The notes under the pieces were generated by a model. The model ran no database searches, was not told where the DNA came from, and worked only from the letters and a program-made list of their open reading frames with translations. A stretch of DNA of 64,000 bases from SAR86 cluster bacterium AG-313-N18 (lineage in GTDB: Bacteria; Pseudomonadota; Gammaproteobacteria; Magnimaribacterales; D2472), in assembly GCA_003283765.1 (NCBI GenBank), contig QBVY01000002.1:34395-98394 (forward strand), given 5' to 3'. Each line of letters begins with the position of its first letter. Position 1 is the stretch's first letter. The position numbers and the translations under genes were made by a program. This document shows, one piece after another, positions 1 through 11,068 of the stretch.

Positions 1-129
1 AAAGAAAGTTTGAATTACCTGAAAGGTAGTTTGGTTGATTATTCTGAAGATGGCCTTAATCAAGGAATTAAATTTCACAACCCCAATGCTAAAGCCGTAT
101 GTGGGTGCGGTGAAAGCTTCACTATCTAA
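1..129 (+). CDS. iscA: Fe-S cluster assembly A-type carrier IscA, 3' end (partial)
   Basis: Frame 1 translates to [42 protein letters not shown]. It has the CGCGESF motif and lies directly before fdx. Not in the ORF track. Confidence 0.9.
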   Translation, partial: KESLNYLKGSLVDYSEDGLNQGIKFHNPNAKAVCGCGESFTI

Positions 130-468
130 ATGGCCCTTATAAAGTTATTACCTCATTATGAGTTATGTCCTGATGGTGCTGAATTTGAAACCCTGAAAGA
201 TGAATCTATCTGCGAAGCGGCCTTAAGATCAGGTATTAAAATTGAACATGCATGTGAAATGTCATGTGCATGTACCACTTGCCATATAATAGTGCGAGAT
301 GGATTTGATGATCTAAATGAGGCATCTGAAGATGAGGAAGACCTGCTTGATAAAGCTTGGGGACTTGAACCAAACTCTCGTTTAAGTTGCCAAACTATTC
401 CAGAAAGTGGCAATTTTACAGTTGAATTACCAAAATATACTATCAATCAGGTATCAGAGGATCATTGA
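130..468 (+). CDS. fdx: ISC-system [2Fe-2S] ferredoxin
   Basis: EHACEMSCACTTCH...SRLSCQ motif; between iscA and iscX. Confidence 0.95.
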   Translation: MALIKLLPHYELCPDGAEFETLKDESICEAALRSGIKIEHACEMSCACTTCHIIVRDGFDDLNEASEDEEDLLDKAWGLEPNSRLSCQTIPESGNFTVELPKYTINQVSEDH

Positions 469-668
469 TGAAGATTGCATGGTCAGATATTTTAGAAATT
501 GCAATAAATCTCAGTGAAGCTCATCCCGAAATTGACCCTCAGTGGATCAGTTTTCCAGATTTACATCACAAGATTTGTAGCTTAGAGAATTTTGAAGATG
601 ATCCGCAAAATTCTAATGAAAAAATTCTTGAAGCAATCCAAATGGCATGGATGGATGAATTAGACTAA
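465..668 (+). CDS. iscX: Fe-S assembly protein IscX (YfhJ)
   Basis: 67 aa acidic protein with W-D...IAI...F.DL and SNEKILEAIQMAW; follows fdx. Confidence 0.93.
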   Translation: MMKIAWSDILEIAINLSEAHPEIDPQWISFPDLHHKICSLENFEDDPQNSNEKILEAIQMAWMDELD

Positions 669-703
669 CTCACCTATAATGTCGCAAATTTAGGAGTAAC
701 TTT

Positions 704-1123
704 ATGACAATACAACGAACACTTTCAATCATTAAGCCTGATGCAACATCAAAAAACATTATTGGAAAAATAATAGATCGATTTGAAGGGAATGGCCTCA
801 AAGTGGTTGCGGGTAAATTAATACATATGGACCAAACTAAAGCTGCAGGTTTTTATGCTGAGCATGAGGGAAGGCCTTTTTTCCCAAACCTTGTTGAGTA
901 CATGACATCAGCTCCTGTATTTGTTCAGGTTCTTGAGGGAGATAACGCTGTTTTAAAAAATAGAGAGTTAATGGGTGCTACAAATCCAAGTGAAGCAGAT
1001 CCTGGAACAATTAGAGCAGACTTTGCAGAGACAATTGACGCAAACGCTGTTCATGGATCCGATTCAACTGATAGCGCGGCAAGAGAAATCTCCTATTTTT
1101 TTGATGATAGTGAAATCTTTTAA
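704..1123 (+). CDS. ndk: Nucleoside diphosphate kinase
   Basis: [25 protein letters not shown] motifs; AGGAG RBS upstream. Confidence 0.98.
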   Translation: MTIQRTLSIIKPDATSKNIIGKIIDRFEGNGLKVVAGKLIHMDQTKAAGFYAEHEGRPFFPNLVEYMTSAPVFVQVLEGDNAVLKNRELMGATNPSEADPGTIRADFAETIDANAVHGSDSTDSAAREISYFFDDSEIF

Positions 1124-1127
1124 TTGA

Positions 1128-2222
1128 GTGCATAAGGAAAAGGTAAATTTGCTAGGATTCTCGCATGAATCACTAGTAGATTTTTTTCAATCAATAGAAC
1201 AACCAAGTTTTAGAGCTCTCCAATTGATGAAATGGGTTCATCAAAGGGGTGTGATTGACTTTATGCATATGACTGATTTTAGTCTTGCATTAAGAACTAA
1301 GCTTTCTGAAGTTGCTGAAGTTAGTCCGCCTAAAGTAGAAGAATGTTTAATATCTCCAGAGGGAACAAAGAAATATTTAATAAAGCTAGATTCAGGTTCA
1401 ATGATCGAAATGGTCAAGATTCCTGAAAAGAAAAGGCTAACTCTTTGTATATCTTCACAAGCAGGATGCGCATTGCAATGCACTTTTTGCGCTACAGGTG
1501 CACAGGGTTTTGAAAGAAATTTATCTAATGCGGAAATTATTGGTCAGCTATGGCTGGCTAATTTTCATGATAAATCCAGTCAACCTATTTCAAATGTTGT
1601 ATTTATGGGAATGGGCGAGCCTCTGCTTAATATTAAACCAGTGATGACTTCTATTGGCTTAATGCAACACCAAAATGCATATGGACTTTCAAAGAGAAGG
1701 ATCACTCTCAGCACCTCAGGGATAGTCCCAGAGATCAATAAGCTAGCTGAGAAGACTGATGTCTCATTAGCAATATCTTTACATGCTGCAAACAATATAC
1801 TTAGAGATGAAATAGTTCCAATTAATAAAAAATATCCTTTAGAAGAACTATTAGATTCCTGCAAAAATTATTTAAAGACTCAAAGTAAACGTAAAACAAT
1901 AACCATTGAATATATTTTAATAGATGGTGTAAATGATTCATTGGATCATGCGCAAGATTTAGCCAAGATTCTCAATGGCTTATCGTGCAAAATCAATCTA
2001 ATACCTTTTAATCCATTTGATGGATGTCATTACCTTCGATCTCAAGAAAGTGCCATTCAAAAATTTAAGGATTTTCTGATAAAAAAGGGGCTAATAACTA
2101 CACTAAGAATAACGAGAGGAGATGCAATTGATGGAGCTTGCGGCCAACTTGTTGGTAAACTCACTCAAAGCCTGAAAGGTAAAAACAAAAAAAATTCTAT
2201 CAACCTTATCAATACTTCATGA
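1128..2222 (+). CDS. rlmN: 23S rRNA A2503/tRNA A37 C2-methyltransferase RlmN (radical SAM)
   Basis: CISSQAGCALQCTFC, MGMGEP, GACGQL; GTG start; follows ndk. Confidence 0.96.
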   Translation: MHKEKVNLLGFSHESLVDFFQSIEQPSFRALQLMKWVHQRGVIDFMHMTDFSLALRTKLSEVAEVSPPKVEECLISPEGTKKYLIKLDSGSMIEMVKIPEKKRLTLCISSQAGCALQCTFCATGAQGFERNLSNAEIIGQLWLANFHDKSSQPISNVVFMGMGEPLLNIKPVMTSIGLMQHQNAYGLSKRRITLSTSGIVPEINKLAEKTDVSLAISLHAANNILRDEIVPINKKYPLEELLDSCKNYLKTQSKRKTITIEYILIDGVNDSLDHAQDLAKILNGLSCKINLIPFNPFDGCHYLRSQESAIQKFKDFLIKKGLITTLRITRGDAIDGACGQLVGKLTQSLKGKNKKNSINLINTS

Positions 2223-2785
2223 GCTTGAAATCTGCACATACTGGAAAGATCGGAAAGGCTTTTGCCAACGCCCGCATCCTTCGCTCAATGACTTGTGAAG
2301 AGGTTGCTGGTGCAACCTTCATCAATGTTGAGTACATAAAGGCTATTGAGTCAGGCAATTATGAAATATTTCCAGCAAGAATATTTGCTTTTCAATATTT
2401 TGAAAAATATGCAAATTTTCTGAACTTAGAGATTGATTTCTTTGATATTTATAATGCTGAATTAGTTGCCGCAGCTGGGAAAGAGCTTAACTCTAATTTG
2501 CCCGAAAGATCATTTTTAAAAAAAAATATTATTAGTTTAATATGCTTGGTTATCCTAGCTTCACTAATTTTTATTTTTCAACGGAGTTATAATAATAATG
2601 AAGCTTCAGATATTAGCCCTCAAAACTCCTTCAGCAACGAAGATGCCCTGAGAGTAGATGTTAAATCAAACTTTGATAATGACATTGGTGAATTGCATTA
2701 CAAAATCAATAATTTTTTTATACAAGATAAGCTTGATTCAATTCAGCCTGATGTTACTGTAAATTTATTGGAACCAGAAGCATGA
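2219..2785 (+). CDS. rodZ: RodZ-like HTH membrane protein (short)
   Basis: N-terminal HTH ([12 protein letters not shown]...IKAIESG.Y), one TM segment, and the canonical position between rlmN and ispG. The C-terminus is short. Confidence 0.75.
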   Translation: MSLKSAHTGKIGKAFANARILRSMTCEEVAGATFINVEYIKAIESGNYEIFPARIFAFQYFEKYANFLNLEIDFFDIYNAELVAAAGKELNSNLPERSFLKKNIISLICLVILASLIFIFQRSYNNNEASDISPQNSFSNEDALRVDVKSNFDNDIGELHYKINNFFIQDKLDSIQPDVTVNLLEPEA

Positions 2786-3879
2786 ATAATTCCTGGATAG
2801 AAAGAAAAAAAACTAATCCTATATTTGTGGGGAATGTTGGAGTAGGTGGCGATCACCCTATATCTATTCAATCTATGACAAATACCAATACGGCTGATAT
2901 TAAAGCTACTGTTAGTCAAATTGAGGAATTAGAAGCAGCTGGAGCTGATATTGTCAGAGTCTCCGTTCCAGACAATGATTGCGCAAATGCATTTAAAGCA
3001 ATTAAAAACCTAGTATCAGTTCCCCTTGTTGCAGACATTCATTTTGATTATAAGATTGCTTTATTAGTCGCAGATTCAGCTGATTGTCTCAGGATTAATC
3101 CAGGTAATATTGGAAAAGAAAATAAAGTTCAAGAAATTATCCAAGCAGCCAAAGATAATGAAATACCAATAAGGATCGGCGTGAATGCTGGCTCACTGGA
3201 GAAAGATCTACAAAAAAAATATGGAGAGCCCAATTCAGACGCATTAGTTGAATCAGCCCTTAGGCACGTTGATATTTTAGATAGATATAACTTCTCTAAT
3301 TTTAAATTAAGCTTAAAAGCCTCAAATATTCAAATGACTGTTGATAGTTATAGAAAATTTTCAAAATTGCTTGATCAACCATTGCATTTAGGCATTACAG
3401 AGTCTGGAAGTTATAGAGCTGGATCGGTTAAGTCTTCTATTGGTCTGGGTATGCTCTTATCTGAAGGTATTGGCGATACAATTAGAGTTTCACTAGCTTC
3501 AGATCCTGTAGACGAAGTGAAGATTGGTTGGGATATTTTAAAAAGTCTAAATCTTAGAAGTAGGGGCATTAGAATAGTTGCATGCCCAAGTTGCTCCAGA
3601 CAAAATTTCAATGTCATAGAGGTGGTTAATGAACTTGAAACAAGATTTGAGGGGATATCTGAGGATTTGGAGGTTGCAATCATTGGTTGCTATGTCAATG
3701 GCCCAGGAGAGTCCAAGGCAGCTGATGTTGGATTAACCGGAGGTCCAAGTAACTTACTTTATGTCAATGGCGCTCCTTCAAAAAAAATCTCTAATGAGAA
3801 ACTTGTTGATACAATAGAAGAGCAAGTAAAAGAACAGCTCGAAAAGAAAAATTCTTTAGACATAATTGCAAAAGGTTAA
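2782..3879 (+). CDS. ispG: HMBPP synthase IspG (GcpE)
   Basis: [43 protein letters not shown]. Confidence 0.97.
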   Translation: MNNSWIERKKTNPIFVGNVGVGGDHPISIQSMTNTNTADIKATVSQIEELEAAGADIVRVSVPDNDCANAFKAIKNLVSVPLVADIHFDYKIALLVADSADCLRINPGNIGKENKVQEIIQAAKDNEIPIRIGVNAGSLEKDLQKKYGEPNSDALVESALRHVDILDRYNFSNFKLSLKASNIQMTVDSYRKFSKLLDQPLHLGITESGSYRAGSVKSSIGLGMLLSEGIGDTIRVSLASDPVDEVKIGWDILKSLNLRSRGIRIVACPSCSRQNFNVIEVVNELETRFEGISEDLEVAIIGCYVNGPGESKAADVGLTGGPSNLLYVNGAPSKKISNEKLVDTIEEQVKEQLEKKNSLDIIAKG

Positions 3880-5128
3880 AAAATTGAAGATTCAATCATT
3901 AAGAGGTATGCCCGATCTATTTCCTGAAGATTTAGAGAGATGGCACATATTTGAATCAAAGCTATCTAAAGTTTTTCATTCCTATGATACCCATGAAATT
4001 CGAACAGCATTGCTTGAGTCTACAGAGCTGTTTTCAAGATCAGTTGGAAATTCATCTGATATTGTAAACAAAGAGCTCTATTCATTTTTAGATCGTAATG
4101 AAGAAAGCATTAGCCTTAGGCCTGAGGGATCTGCAAGTGTTATCAGAGCGATTATTCAAAAAAAACAAGAACATGAAAAACATAAATTATGGTATCAAGG
4201 GCCAATGTTTAGATATGAGAGACCACAAAAAGGAAGATTTAGACAATTCCACCAAGTAGGAGTCGAATACCTTGGCTTTAGAGAAGGAATATCAGAATAT
4301 GAGTTGATTAGTATGGTTTTGCAGATCAATAAATTAATCGGCATTACAAACTATACAATTAAAATTAACCATCTTGGCGATCAGCTTGCCAAGGAAAGCT
4401 TTTGTGATTCGCTTATTAATTTTCTTCAGCCGCATATCACTGAATTGCATGAAAAAGATCAAGCAAGATTAAAATCTAATCCTTTGAGAGTTTTAGACTC
4501 TAAAGAGAAATCTACTCAGGCATTACTGAAAGAAGGGCCTAAATTTCAAGATTTTATTTCTGATGCCTCTAAAAAATTTTTGCACAATCTTGTAAATGCC
4601 TTTAGTGATCATTGTGATATTCAAATTGATCAGTCATTGGTGAGAGGATTAGATTATTACACGGGGATAGTATTTGAAACTGTTTCACAAGAGCTTGGAG
4701 CGCAAGACGCATTCCTTGGAGGAGGTCGATACGACAATCTCTCAAATCAACTAGGTGGAAAAGACATGCATGCTATAGGTTTTGCCATAGGAATTGAAAG
4801 AATAATAGAGCTTCTAAGTATTGAAAATATAAAACAACCATTAAAAGTTGGTTTTATTACTACCGGAGAGCAGACTGATAAAAAAACATATAAAATAGCC
4901 GATGATTTAAGAAGTGCTAATAGCAGTATTATCCTTGATACATTTTTAAGTGAAGGAAGTCTAAAATCCCAGCTCAGAAGAGCTAATAAGAATAATTGTA
5001 GATATGTAATTATTATTGGGGAAGAAGAGCTTCAAAATGATCAAGTAATATGGAAAAACCTTAGCGAAGGTGGCGAGCAAGAACTTCTTACTTCGAAAGA
5101 GGTCATAGAAAAATATACTAATCTTTAG
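3866..5128 (+). CDS. hisS: Histidine--tRNA ligase
   Basis: [37 protein letters not shown]. The exact start (TTG) is uncertain. Confidence 0.97.
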   Translation: MQKVKKLKIQSLRGMPDLFPEDLERWHIFESKLSKVFHSYDTHEIRTALLESTELFSRSVGNSSDIVNKELYSFLDRNEESISLRPEGSASVIRAIIQKKQEHEKHKLWYQGPMFRYERPQKGRFRQFHQVGVEYLGFREGISEYELISMVLQINKLIGITNYTIKINHLGDQLAKESFCDSLINFLQPHITELHEKDQARLKSNPLRVLDSKEKSTQALLKEGPKFQDFISDASKKFLHNLVNAFSDHCDIQIDQSLVRGLDYYTGIVFETVSQELGAQDAFLGGGRYDNLSNQLGGKDMHAIGFAIGIERIIELLSIENIKQPLKVGFITTGEQTDKKTYKIADDLRSANSSIILDTFLSEGSLKSQLRRANKNNCRYVIIIGEEELQNDQVIWKNLSEGGEQELLTSKEVIEKYTNL

Positions 5129-5136
5129 GAGAGATC

Positions 5137-5781
5137 ATGGCAGAGTACAGTTCGGATGAAGAAAGATTTTCAGCTTTTGTTAATTTTTTTAAAGATCATA
5201 AAAATACCCTTTTAATTGGTTTTTTAGCTCTTGCATCAATTCTTATTTCTTCAATAGGTTATAAGTCGTATAACACTTCTCAGAATTTAGCAGCAGCTCA
5301 GATATATGATGCGTGGTTTATAAATCTTTCTGCTGAGTCAGCAAGCGCAGCAGATGACAAAGAAAATTTTAATAAGCTTCAAGCAAAATATCCCAATACT
5401 GGATATGCTCAGCTTGCAAGAATGATAAGGGGCTCATCTCTTGCTAGAGAGGGCGATCTTGATGCGGCATTGGCCGACTTCAAAGAACTTTTAGATGTGT
5501 CTTCAGGTTTTTTTGGAAATGACATGCTGAACTCAATCGCAAAAATAAATATCGCTAGAATTGAATTAAGCAAAGAGAATTATTCTAATGCTTTAGAGGT
5601 CTTAGAATCATTCAATTCAGAATCTGAGCATCCACTTGTATATGAGGTCAAAGGTGATGCTTTGGCTGGGCTCAAAAAGAATGACTTAGCTTTAGATCAG
5701 TATTCATTGGCTCTTGAGAATTCACAGAATGAATCGCAACAGTCTCTTTTAAAGATGAAGATAAATCAAATTAATAATTAG
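5137..5781 (+). CDS. yfgM: YfgM-family TPR membrane protein (ancillary SecYEG subunit)
   Basis: N-terminal TM plus TPR-like helices (YP.T.YA, E.KGD); between hisS and bamB. Confidence 0.85.
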   Translation: MAEYSSDEERFSAFVNFFKDHKNTLLIGFLALASILISSIGYKSYNTSQNLAAAQIYDAWFINLSAESASAADDKENFNKLQAKYPNTGYAQLARMIRGSSLAREGDLDAALADFKELLDVSSGFFGNDMLNSIAKINIARIELSKENYSNALEVLESFNSESEHPLVYEVKGDALAGLKKNDLALDQYSLALENSQNESQQSLLKMKINQINN

Positions 5782-5786
5782 TACTC

Positions 5787-6932
5787 ATGAAAAATAATAT
5801 ATTCCTAAGTATTATTTTAATACTTATTTCTTCATGCTCTACATTAGCTTTCTGGGAAGATGACTCAGATGGAGAGGTGATTGAACCTGTTGCCCTTCAG
5901 TCTTTTAAAAATGAATATCCACTTTCTATAGAATGGAAAAAATCTTTTAAAGGAGAAAATACCTTAGGCTCTTTTAGACCCTCTTTTTATTCAGGAAATA
6001 TGCTGATTGCTGATCCTGAAGGAAATATTTCATCACTAAATCCTCAATCTGGAAAAGAGAGCTGGAAAATCAATCTAGATCGCGAGTTAGCAGCTGGTGT
6101 TGCTTCTGGTTTTGGTAAATTAATCGTATCAGATCTTAATGGTTTTGTTATTGCAATTGACTCAGAAACTCAAGAGATTATTTGGGAAAAAAATATTGGT
6201 GGTGAAGTTCTCTCTAAAGCTGTTGTGAGTGCCTCACTAATTCTTGTTAAAAATTCTGTAGGCGAATTAGTTGCCTTGAGTGCCTTGTCAGGAGAAAAAA
6301 AATGGTCTTTTAGATCGCAATTGCCAGCATTGACCGTTCGAGGAACCGGTGAATCTATTATTGAAAATGGCATTGTTTTTTCTACCTTTGATAATGGACG
6401 ACTTGGAGCCTTTCAGCTAGAAACAGGTTTCTTTCTTTGGGATGCACCTATTTCTTTTGTAGAGGGGTCATCAGAGCTTGAGAATTTAATAGATGGTGAT
6501 TCAGCCCCAGTTATAGCCAAGCAACTAATTTTTGCTACTAATTATCAAGGGAACTTAACTGCATTTGACATAGCCCAAAAGAGGCCAGTTTGGAATGCAA
6601 ATGCCTCGTCTTTTTATTCTCCAATTGTTGCTAATAACATGATTATGGTCATTCAAGATGATGGGTCAATTCTTTCATTCTCTCTAGCTAATTTATCTCC
6701 TTCATGGACTTCTGAGGAATATTTAAGAAGAGAGCTATCTAGTGGAGCAGCATATAAAAATTTGTTATTGATTGGAGATTTAGATGGTTATGTTCATGTT
6801 ATTAATCCAATGACAGGAATTACTGTTGGAAGAAAAAAAATATCTGGTAACCCCATCATGAATATTGTTACTTTTAGAGATTTTGCATACGCTATTGATC
6901 AGGATTCTAATGTAGTTGCAATCAAGCTCTAA
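5787..6932 (+). CDS. bamB: Outer membrane assembly lipoprotein BamB
   Basis: Lipobox-like ISSC, PQQ-type beta-propeller W repeats, and yfgM-bamB-der synteny. Confidence 0.9.
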   Translation: MKNNIFLSIILILISSCSTLAFWEDDSDGEVIEPVALQSFKNEYPLSIEWKKSFKGENTLGSFRPSFYSGNMLIADPEGNISSLNPQSGKESWKINLDRELAAGVASGFGKLIVSDLNGFVIAIDSETQEIIWEKNIGGEVLSKAVVSASLILVKNSVGELVALSALSGEKKWSFRSQLPALTVRGTGESIIENGIVFSTFDNGRLGAFQLETGFFLWDAPISFVEGSSELENLIDGDSAPVIAKQLIFATNYQGNLTAFDIAQKRPVWNANASSFYSPIVANNMIMVIQDDGSILSFSLANLSPSWTSEEYLRRELSSGAAYKNLLLIGDLDGYVHVINPMTGITVGRKKISGNPIMNIVTFRDFAYAIDQDSNVVAIKL

Positions 6933-6946
6933 AATGCCTTTTCAAA

Positions 6947-8341
6947 ATGTTAAATTCAATTGCAATTCTCGGTCGACCAAATGTAGGGAAGTCTTCTCTA
7001 TTTAATAAGCTCACTAAAACTAGAAATGCAATTGTTTCTGATTTTTCGGGCCTGACTAAAGATAGAAATTTTGGTTATGCCTCAATCAAAGATCAGCAGT
7101 ATTTAGTAATTGATACAGGTGGAGTTGGTTCTGAGATTACCGAATTTAGTGCAGCAATAACTGAGCAGGCACTGATAGCTGCAGAGGATTCAAATCTAAT
7201 TTTATTTTTAATTGATGCCTCAGAAGAGCTAACAGTAGACGATATAGATCTGTTTCAGTCAATACGCAAAATGAATAAAAGTTTTTTTGTTGTTTTAAAT
7301 AAAATTGACATTAAAAAAAGATCAAACGCAAAAGAAGATCTTTTAAAACTTGGATGTGGAGATATTCTTGAAATCAGTGCTGAGCACTCTAAGGGCATCA
7401 ATGAATTACAAACTTATATTTCAAAACAATTTATTGAACCTAATAATGCAGGCGATAGTGAAGACCCTCAAGGAACAAAAATAGCTGTGATCGGTAGACC
7501 AAATGCAGGCAAATCTACTTTCATTAATCAATTTACTAAACAGGATCGTTTAATTGTTTCTGATGTGCCTGGGACAACTATAGATTCTATCCATGTACCT
7601 TTTGTATTTGATGATGAAGATTTTATTTTTATTGATACCGCTGGTATTAGAAAGAAATATAAGCAAAGTCATGCAGTTGAATATTTTTCATATGTTAGGG
7701 CCATGCATGCTGTCGATGAGTCAGATATTGTTTTAATGCTGATTGATGCCTCAGATGGAATAGTGGATCAAGATCTTCGGATCTTGAATTTGATAAGAGG
7801 GTATGGAAAGCCAGTTGTTGTTGCTTTGAATAAAATTGATGAGCTTTTAGAAGATCACTTATCTGATCTTAAAGAAACTAAAAAATTTCAAAACTCTGTT
7901 TTGAATAATTTAATTCTGGTTGAAATTTCAGCACTACAAAAGAGCGGATTTAAAAAACTTTTTAACACCCTTGCTAAGGTTAATAAATTAGCCAAAACTA
8001 AGTTTTCGACTGGTAAATTAAATAAGTTACTTTTAAAGTTCACAAACTCAACTAACACACCAAGTATTTCGGGCAGACAAGTTAAAATGAGATATGTTCA
8101 TTTTGGAGGCATTCACCCTACAAAATTTATTATCCATTCTAATATTTCAAGCAAAATTCCTTCAAATTATAAACGCTACTTAATTAATTCTTTTAGAGAG
8201 GAGCTTAATTTAAAAAGTGTTGAATTAAACATAATTTTTAAAAAGGGCGATAATCCGTTTGAAGGCAAGGTCAACAAGTTGTCTCCAAGGCAGATAAAAA
8301 AGAAACAACGCTTAGTAAAATATACAAAAAAGAATAAGTAA
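6947..8341 (+). CDS. der: Ribosome biogenesis GTPase Der (EngA)
   Basis: Two G-domains: GRPNVGKS/DTGG/NKID and GRPNAGKS/DTAG/NKID. Confidence 0.97.
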   Translation: MLNSIAILGRPNVGKSSLFNKLTKTRNAIVSDFSGLTKDRNFGYASIKDQQYLVIDTGGVGSEITEFSAAITEQALIAAEDSNLILFLIDASEELTVDDIDLFQSIRKMNKSFFVVLNKIDIKKRSNAKEDLLKLGCGDILEISAEHSKGINELQTYISKQFIEPNNAGDSEDPQGTKIAVIGRPNAGKSTFINQFTKQDRLIVSDVPGTTIDSIHVPFVFDDEDFIFIDTAGIRKKYKQSHAVEYFSYVRAMHAVDESDIVLMLIDASDGIVDQDLRILNLIRGYGKPVVVALNKIDELLEDHLSDLKETKKFQNSVLNNLILVEISALQKSGFKKLFNTLAKVNKLAKTKFSTGKLNKLLLKFTNSTNTPSISGRQVKMRYVHFGGIHPTKFIIHSNISSKIPSNYKRYLINSFREELNLKSVELNIIFKKGDNPFEGKVNKLSPRQIKKKQRLVKYTKKNK

Positions 8342-8452
8342 TTTATTTATTTGGAGTATAACTACATATTTTTTATCTTTAAAATACTATAAATTCAGCA
8401 TAAAGTGAGATATTGACATTTCATCGCACATAAAATCAAATGGCACTACATA

Positions 8453-8490
8453 TAAATGATTGTGCATTTAATAAAATGATTGTTACAATC
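8453..8490 (+). promoter_or_regulatory. Putative sigma70 promoter of the sdh-suc operon with overlapping inverted/direct repeats
   Basis: Extended -10 TGnTACAAT at 8481-8489 and TTGTGC at 8460-8465. Palindromes TAAATG-N6-CATTTA (8453-8470) and GATTGT-T-ACAATC (8478-8490). Confidence 0.5.
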
Positions 8491-8519
8491 TATAAAATTT
8501 AGATGTACGAAGGGAACAT

Positions 8520-8915
8520 ATGTCTACTAACCACAACAAAATAAGGCCAGTCTATATCAATCTTTTTCAGATAAGGCTGCCTGTATCTGCTATTTCATCT
8601 ATTACCCACCGCTTAGCAGGAATATACATTTTTTTTATCACCCTTCCTCTTTCACTGTATCTTCTATATTTTTCTACAAAAAGTTATAATGATTTTATGG
8701 TTTTGAAGGATTATTTAAATAACACAACATTTTTATCAACATTTGTTGCTTTTAGCTTTTTAGTTTTTGCTTATCATATTTTAACTGGCGTTCGTCATTT
8801 ACTTCAGGATCTTCATATTGGAGAGTCGCTTAGCGCTTCTCGTCTATCTTCTTATCTTGTTTTTTGTGTGTGGTTTTTATTGTCAGTATTTGTTTTTACG
8901 AGACTGTTCACATGA
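8520..8915 (+). CDS. sdhC: Succinate dehydrogenase cytochrome b556 subunit
   Basis: RPV..NL, SITHR, HILTGVRHL; three TM segments. Confidence 0.93.
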   Translation: MSTNHNKIRPVYINLFQIRLPVSAISSITHRLAGIYIFFITLPLSLYLLYFSTKSYNDFMVLKDYLNNTTFLSTFVAFSFLVFAYHILTGVRHLLQDLHIGESLSASRLSSYLVFCVWFLLSVFVFTRLFT

Positions 8916-9271
8916 TTGGTTCTACTTTATTTTATGTTCAGCGTTATTCTGCTACTTATTTATTAGCATATACAATTTGGATAGCCTCATTCCTTATTGT
9001 AAATAATCCACTTGAATATAATTCTTGGACTGCTTTCACCAATCAAATAGATTTTCTTGTTTTAACTTCTCTGGCAGCTGCTGTATCCATCATTCATGCT
9101 TTTATTGGTTTATGGACTATTGGAACTGATTATTTTACTTCCAGAACTCTTGGTTTTCTTAGCGTGAGTTTTTCAAAATATGCAGACACTATTAGAGGCG
9201 CATATACAATTTTATTTTCTGTTCTCGGCCTTTCAATTTTTGCAATAATCTTACTTACAATCTGGAGTTAA
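8912..9271 (+). CDS. sdhD: Succinate dehydrogenase membrane anchor subunit
   Basis: QRYSA, HAFIGLW...TDY. The ATG at 8912 overlaps the sdhC stop (ATGA) and is preferred over the track start at 8864. Confidence 0.9.
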   Translation: MIGSTLFYVQRYSATYLLAYTIWIASFLIVNNPLEYNSWTAFTNQIDFLVLTSLAAAVSIIHAFIGLWTIGTDYFTSRTLGFLSVSFSKYADTIRGAYTILFSVLGLSIFAIILLTIWS

Positions 9272-9274
9272 ACT

Positions 9275-11059
9275 TTGAGCACCCTAAATTCATCTAATAT
9301 TAAAACACTTGAATTTGATGTCCTTGTTATCGGTGGAGGTGGCTCTGGGATGAGAACTTCTTTGGAACTTGCTAAGTCTGGGTTAAAGACTGCGGTAGTT
9401 TCAAAAGTTTTCCCAACTCGCTCACATACTGTGTCTGCTCAGGGAGGAATAACCTGTGCAATTGCAAGTGCTGATCCACAAGATGACTGGCGCTGGCATA
9501 TGTATGACACTGTAAAAGGCTCCGATTATATAGGTGACCAAGACGCAATTGAGTATATGTGCTCGCAGGGTCCAAAAGCTGTCTTTGAGCTTGAGCATAT
9601 GGGGTTGCCCTTTTCTAGAACTGAAAATGGGAGAATTTATCAAAGACCATTTGGAGGTCAATCTAAAGATTTTGGAAAAGGCGGCCAAGCTGCAAGAACA
9701 TGCGCAGCTGCTGATAGAACTGGACATGCCTTGCTTCATACACTTTATCAAAACAATGTGAAAGAAGGCTCTAATTTCTTAAACGAATGGTTCGCTGTAG
9801 ATTTAGTGCTAAATAAATTCAAAGAAGTTACGGGAGTAGTTGCATTTTCAATTGAATCAGGTGAAGTAGCTTACCTTAAAGCTCAAGCAACAGTTTTGGC
9901 AACTGGAGGCGCAGGAAGAATCTATGCTTCAACTACAAATGCTCTTATTAATACTGGAGACGGTCTTGGGATGTCTTTGAGGGCTGGAATTCCTGCACAA
10001 GACATGGAGATGTGGCAGTTCCATCCTACGGGTATATATGGAGCAGGCTCTCTAGTGACCGAGGGATGCAGAGGAGAAGGCGGCTATCTTATTAATAAAG
10101 ATGGTGAAAGATTTATGGAAAGGTATGCACCTAATGCTAAGGATCTTGCTGGAAGGGACGTAGTTGCTCGTTCAATGGTTTTAGAAATACTTGAAGGAAG
10201 AGGGTGCGGTGAGGATAAAGACCATGTGTTTTTAAAGCTTGATCATTTAGGTGCGGACGTCTTGAATGCAAAACTTCCTGGAATTTGTGAACTATCCAGG
10301 ACTTTTGCTGCAGTGGACCCAGTTTACGAACCAATTCCAGTAGTCCCAACATGTCATTATATGATGGGAGGTACACCAACAAATATTCATGGTCAAGCGT
10401 TCAAACTTAGTAGTTCAGATGATGATTATATTCCAGGTTTATTTTCAGTTGGTGAAGCTGCATGTGTCTCAGTGCATGGTGCAAATAGACTCGGAGGCAA
10501 TTCATTACTAGATTTAGTTGTATTTGGCAGAGCGGCAGGACTGCACATTAATGAAGCCTTAAAATCAGGCGGTGGTGTTGCAGATTCTGATAAAGATGAT
10601 ATTGAATTAGCGCTTCATAATCTAAATAAACTCAATGAGTCTTCAGCAGGATATGAGGTTTCAGCAGTAAAAAAAGAACTTCAGGAAGTCATGCAGAATT
10701 ATTTTGGTGTTTTTAGACGAGGAGACTACATGGACAAAGGTGTCTCAGCATTAGAAGAAATTAGAGAAAAAATAGAGAATCTTCACTTAAAAGATAAAAG
10801 TGCTGCTTTTAATACCAATAGAGTTGAAGCTATAGAATTACAAAACTTATTTGAGGTTGCTGAGGCTACAGCCATTTCATCTCTTCAAAGAACTGAAAGC
10901 AGAGGAGCTCATGCCAGAGAAGATTATCCTGACAGAGATGATGAGAACTGGTTATGTCACTCACTATATGATCCAACCACAAAAGTTTTAGGCAAAAGAC
11001 ATGTAAATTTTGAGCCATCTCAAGTCGAGGCTTTTCCTCCAAAAGTAAGAACCTACTAA
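9275..11059 (+). CDS. sdhA: Succinate dehydrogenase flavoprotein subunit
   Basis: [10 protein letters not shown] covalent FAD motif, [16 protein letters not shown]; TTG start. Confidence 0.98.
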   Translation: MSTLNSSNIKTLEFDVLVIGGGGSGMRTSLELAKSGLKTAVVSKVFPTRSHTVSAQGGITCAIASADPQDDWRWHMYDTVKGSDYIGDQDAIEYMCSQGPKAVFELEHMGLPFSRTENGRIYQRPFGGQSKDFGKGGQAARTCAAADRTGHALLHTLYQNNVKEGSNFLNEWFAVDLVLNKFKEVTGVVAFSIESGEVAYLKAQATVLATGGAGRIYASTTNALINTGDGLGMSLRAGIPAQDMEMWQFHPTGIYGAGSLVTEGCRGEGGYLINKDGERFMERYAPNAKDLAGRDVVARSMVLEILEGRGCGEDKDHVFLKLDHLGADVLNAKLPGICELSRTFAAVDPVYEPIPVVPTCHYMMGGTPTNIHGQAFKLSSSDDDYIPGLFSVGEAACVSVHGANRLGGNSLLDLVVFGRAAGLHINEALKSGGGVADSDKDDIELALHNLNKLNESSAGYEVSAVKKELQEVMQNYFGVFRRGDYMDKGVSALEEIREKIENLHLKDKSAAFNTNRVEAIELQNLFEVAEATAISSLQRTESRGAHAREDYPDRDDENWLCHSLYDPTTKVLGKRHVNFEPSQVEAFPPKVRTY

Positions 11060-11068
11060 TAATTAATC

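Noticed and set aside
8413-8436. TTGACA...TAAAAT as the sdh promoter
   Set aside because: The spacer is only 12 nt.
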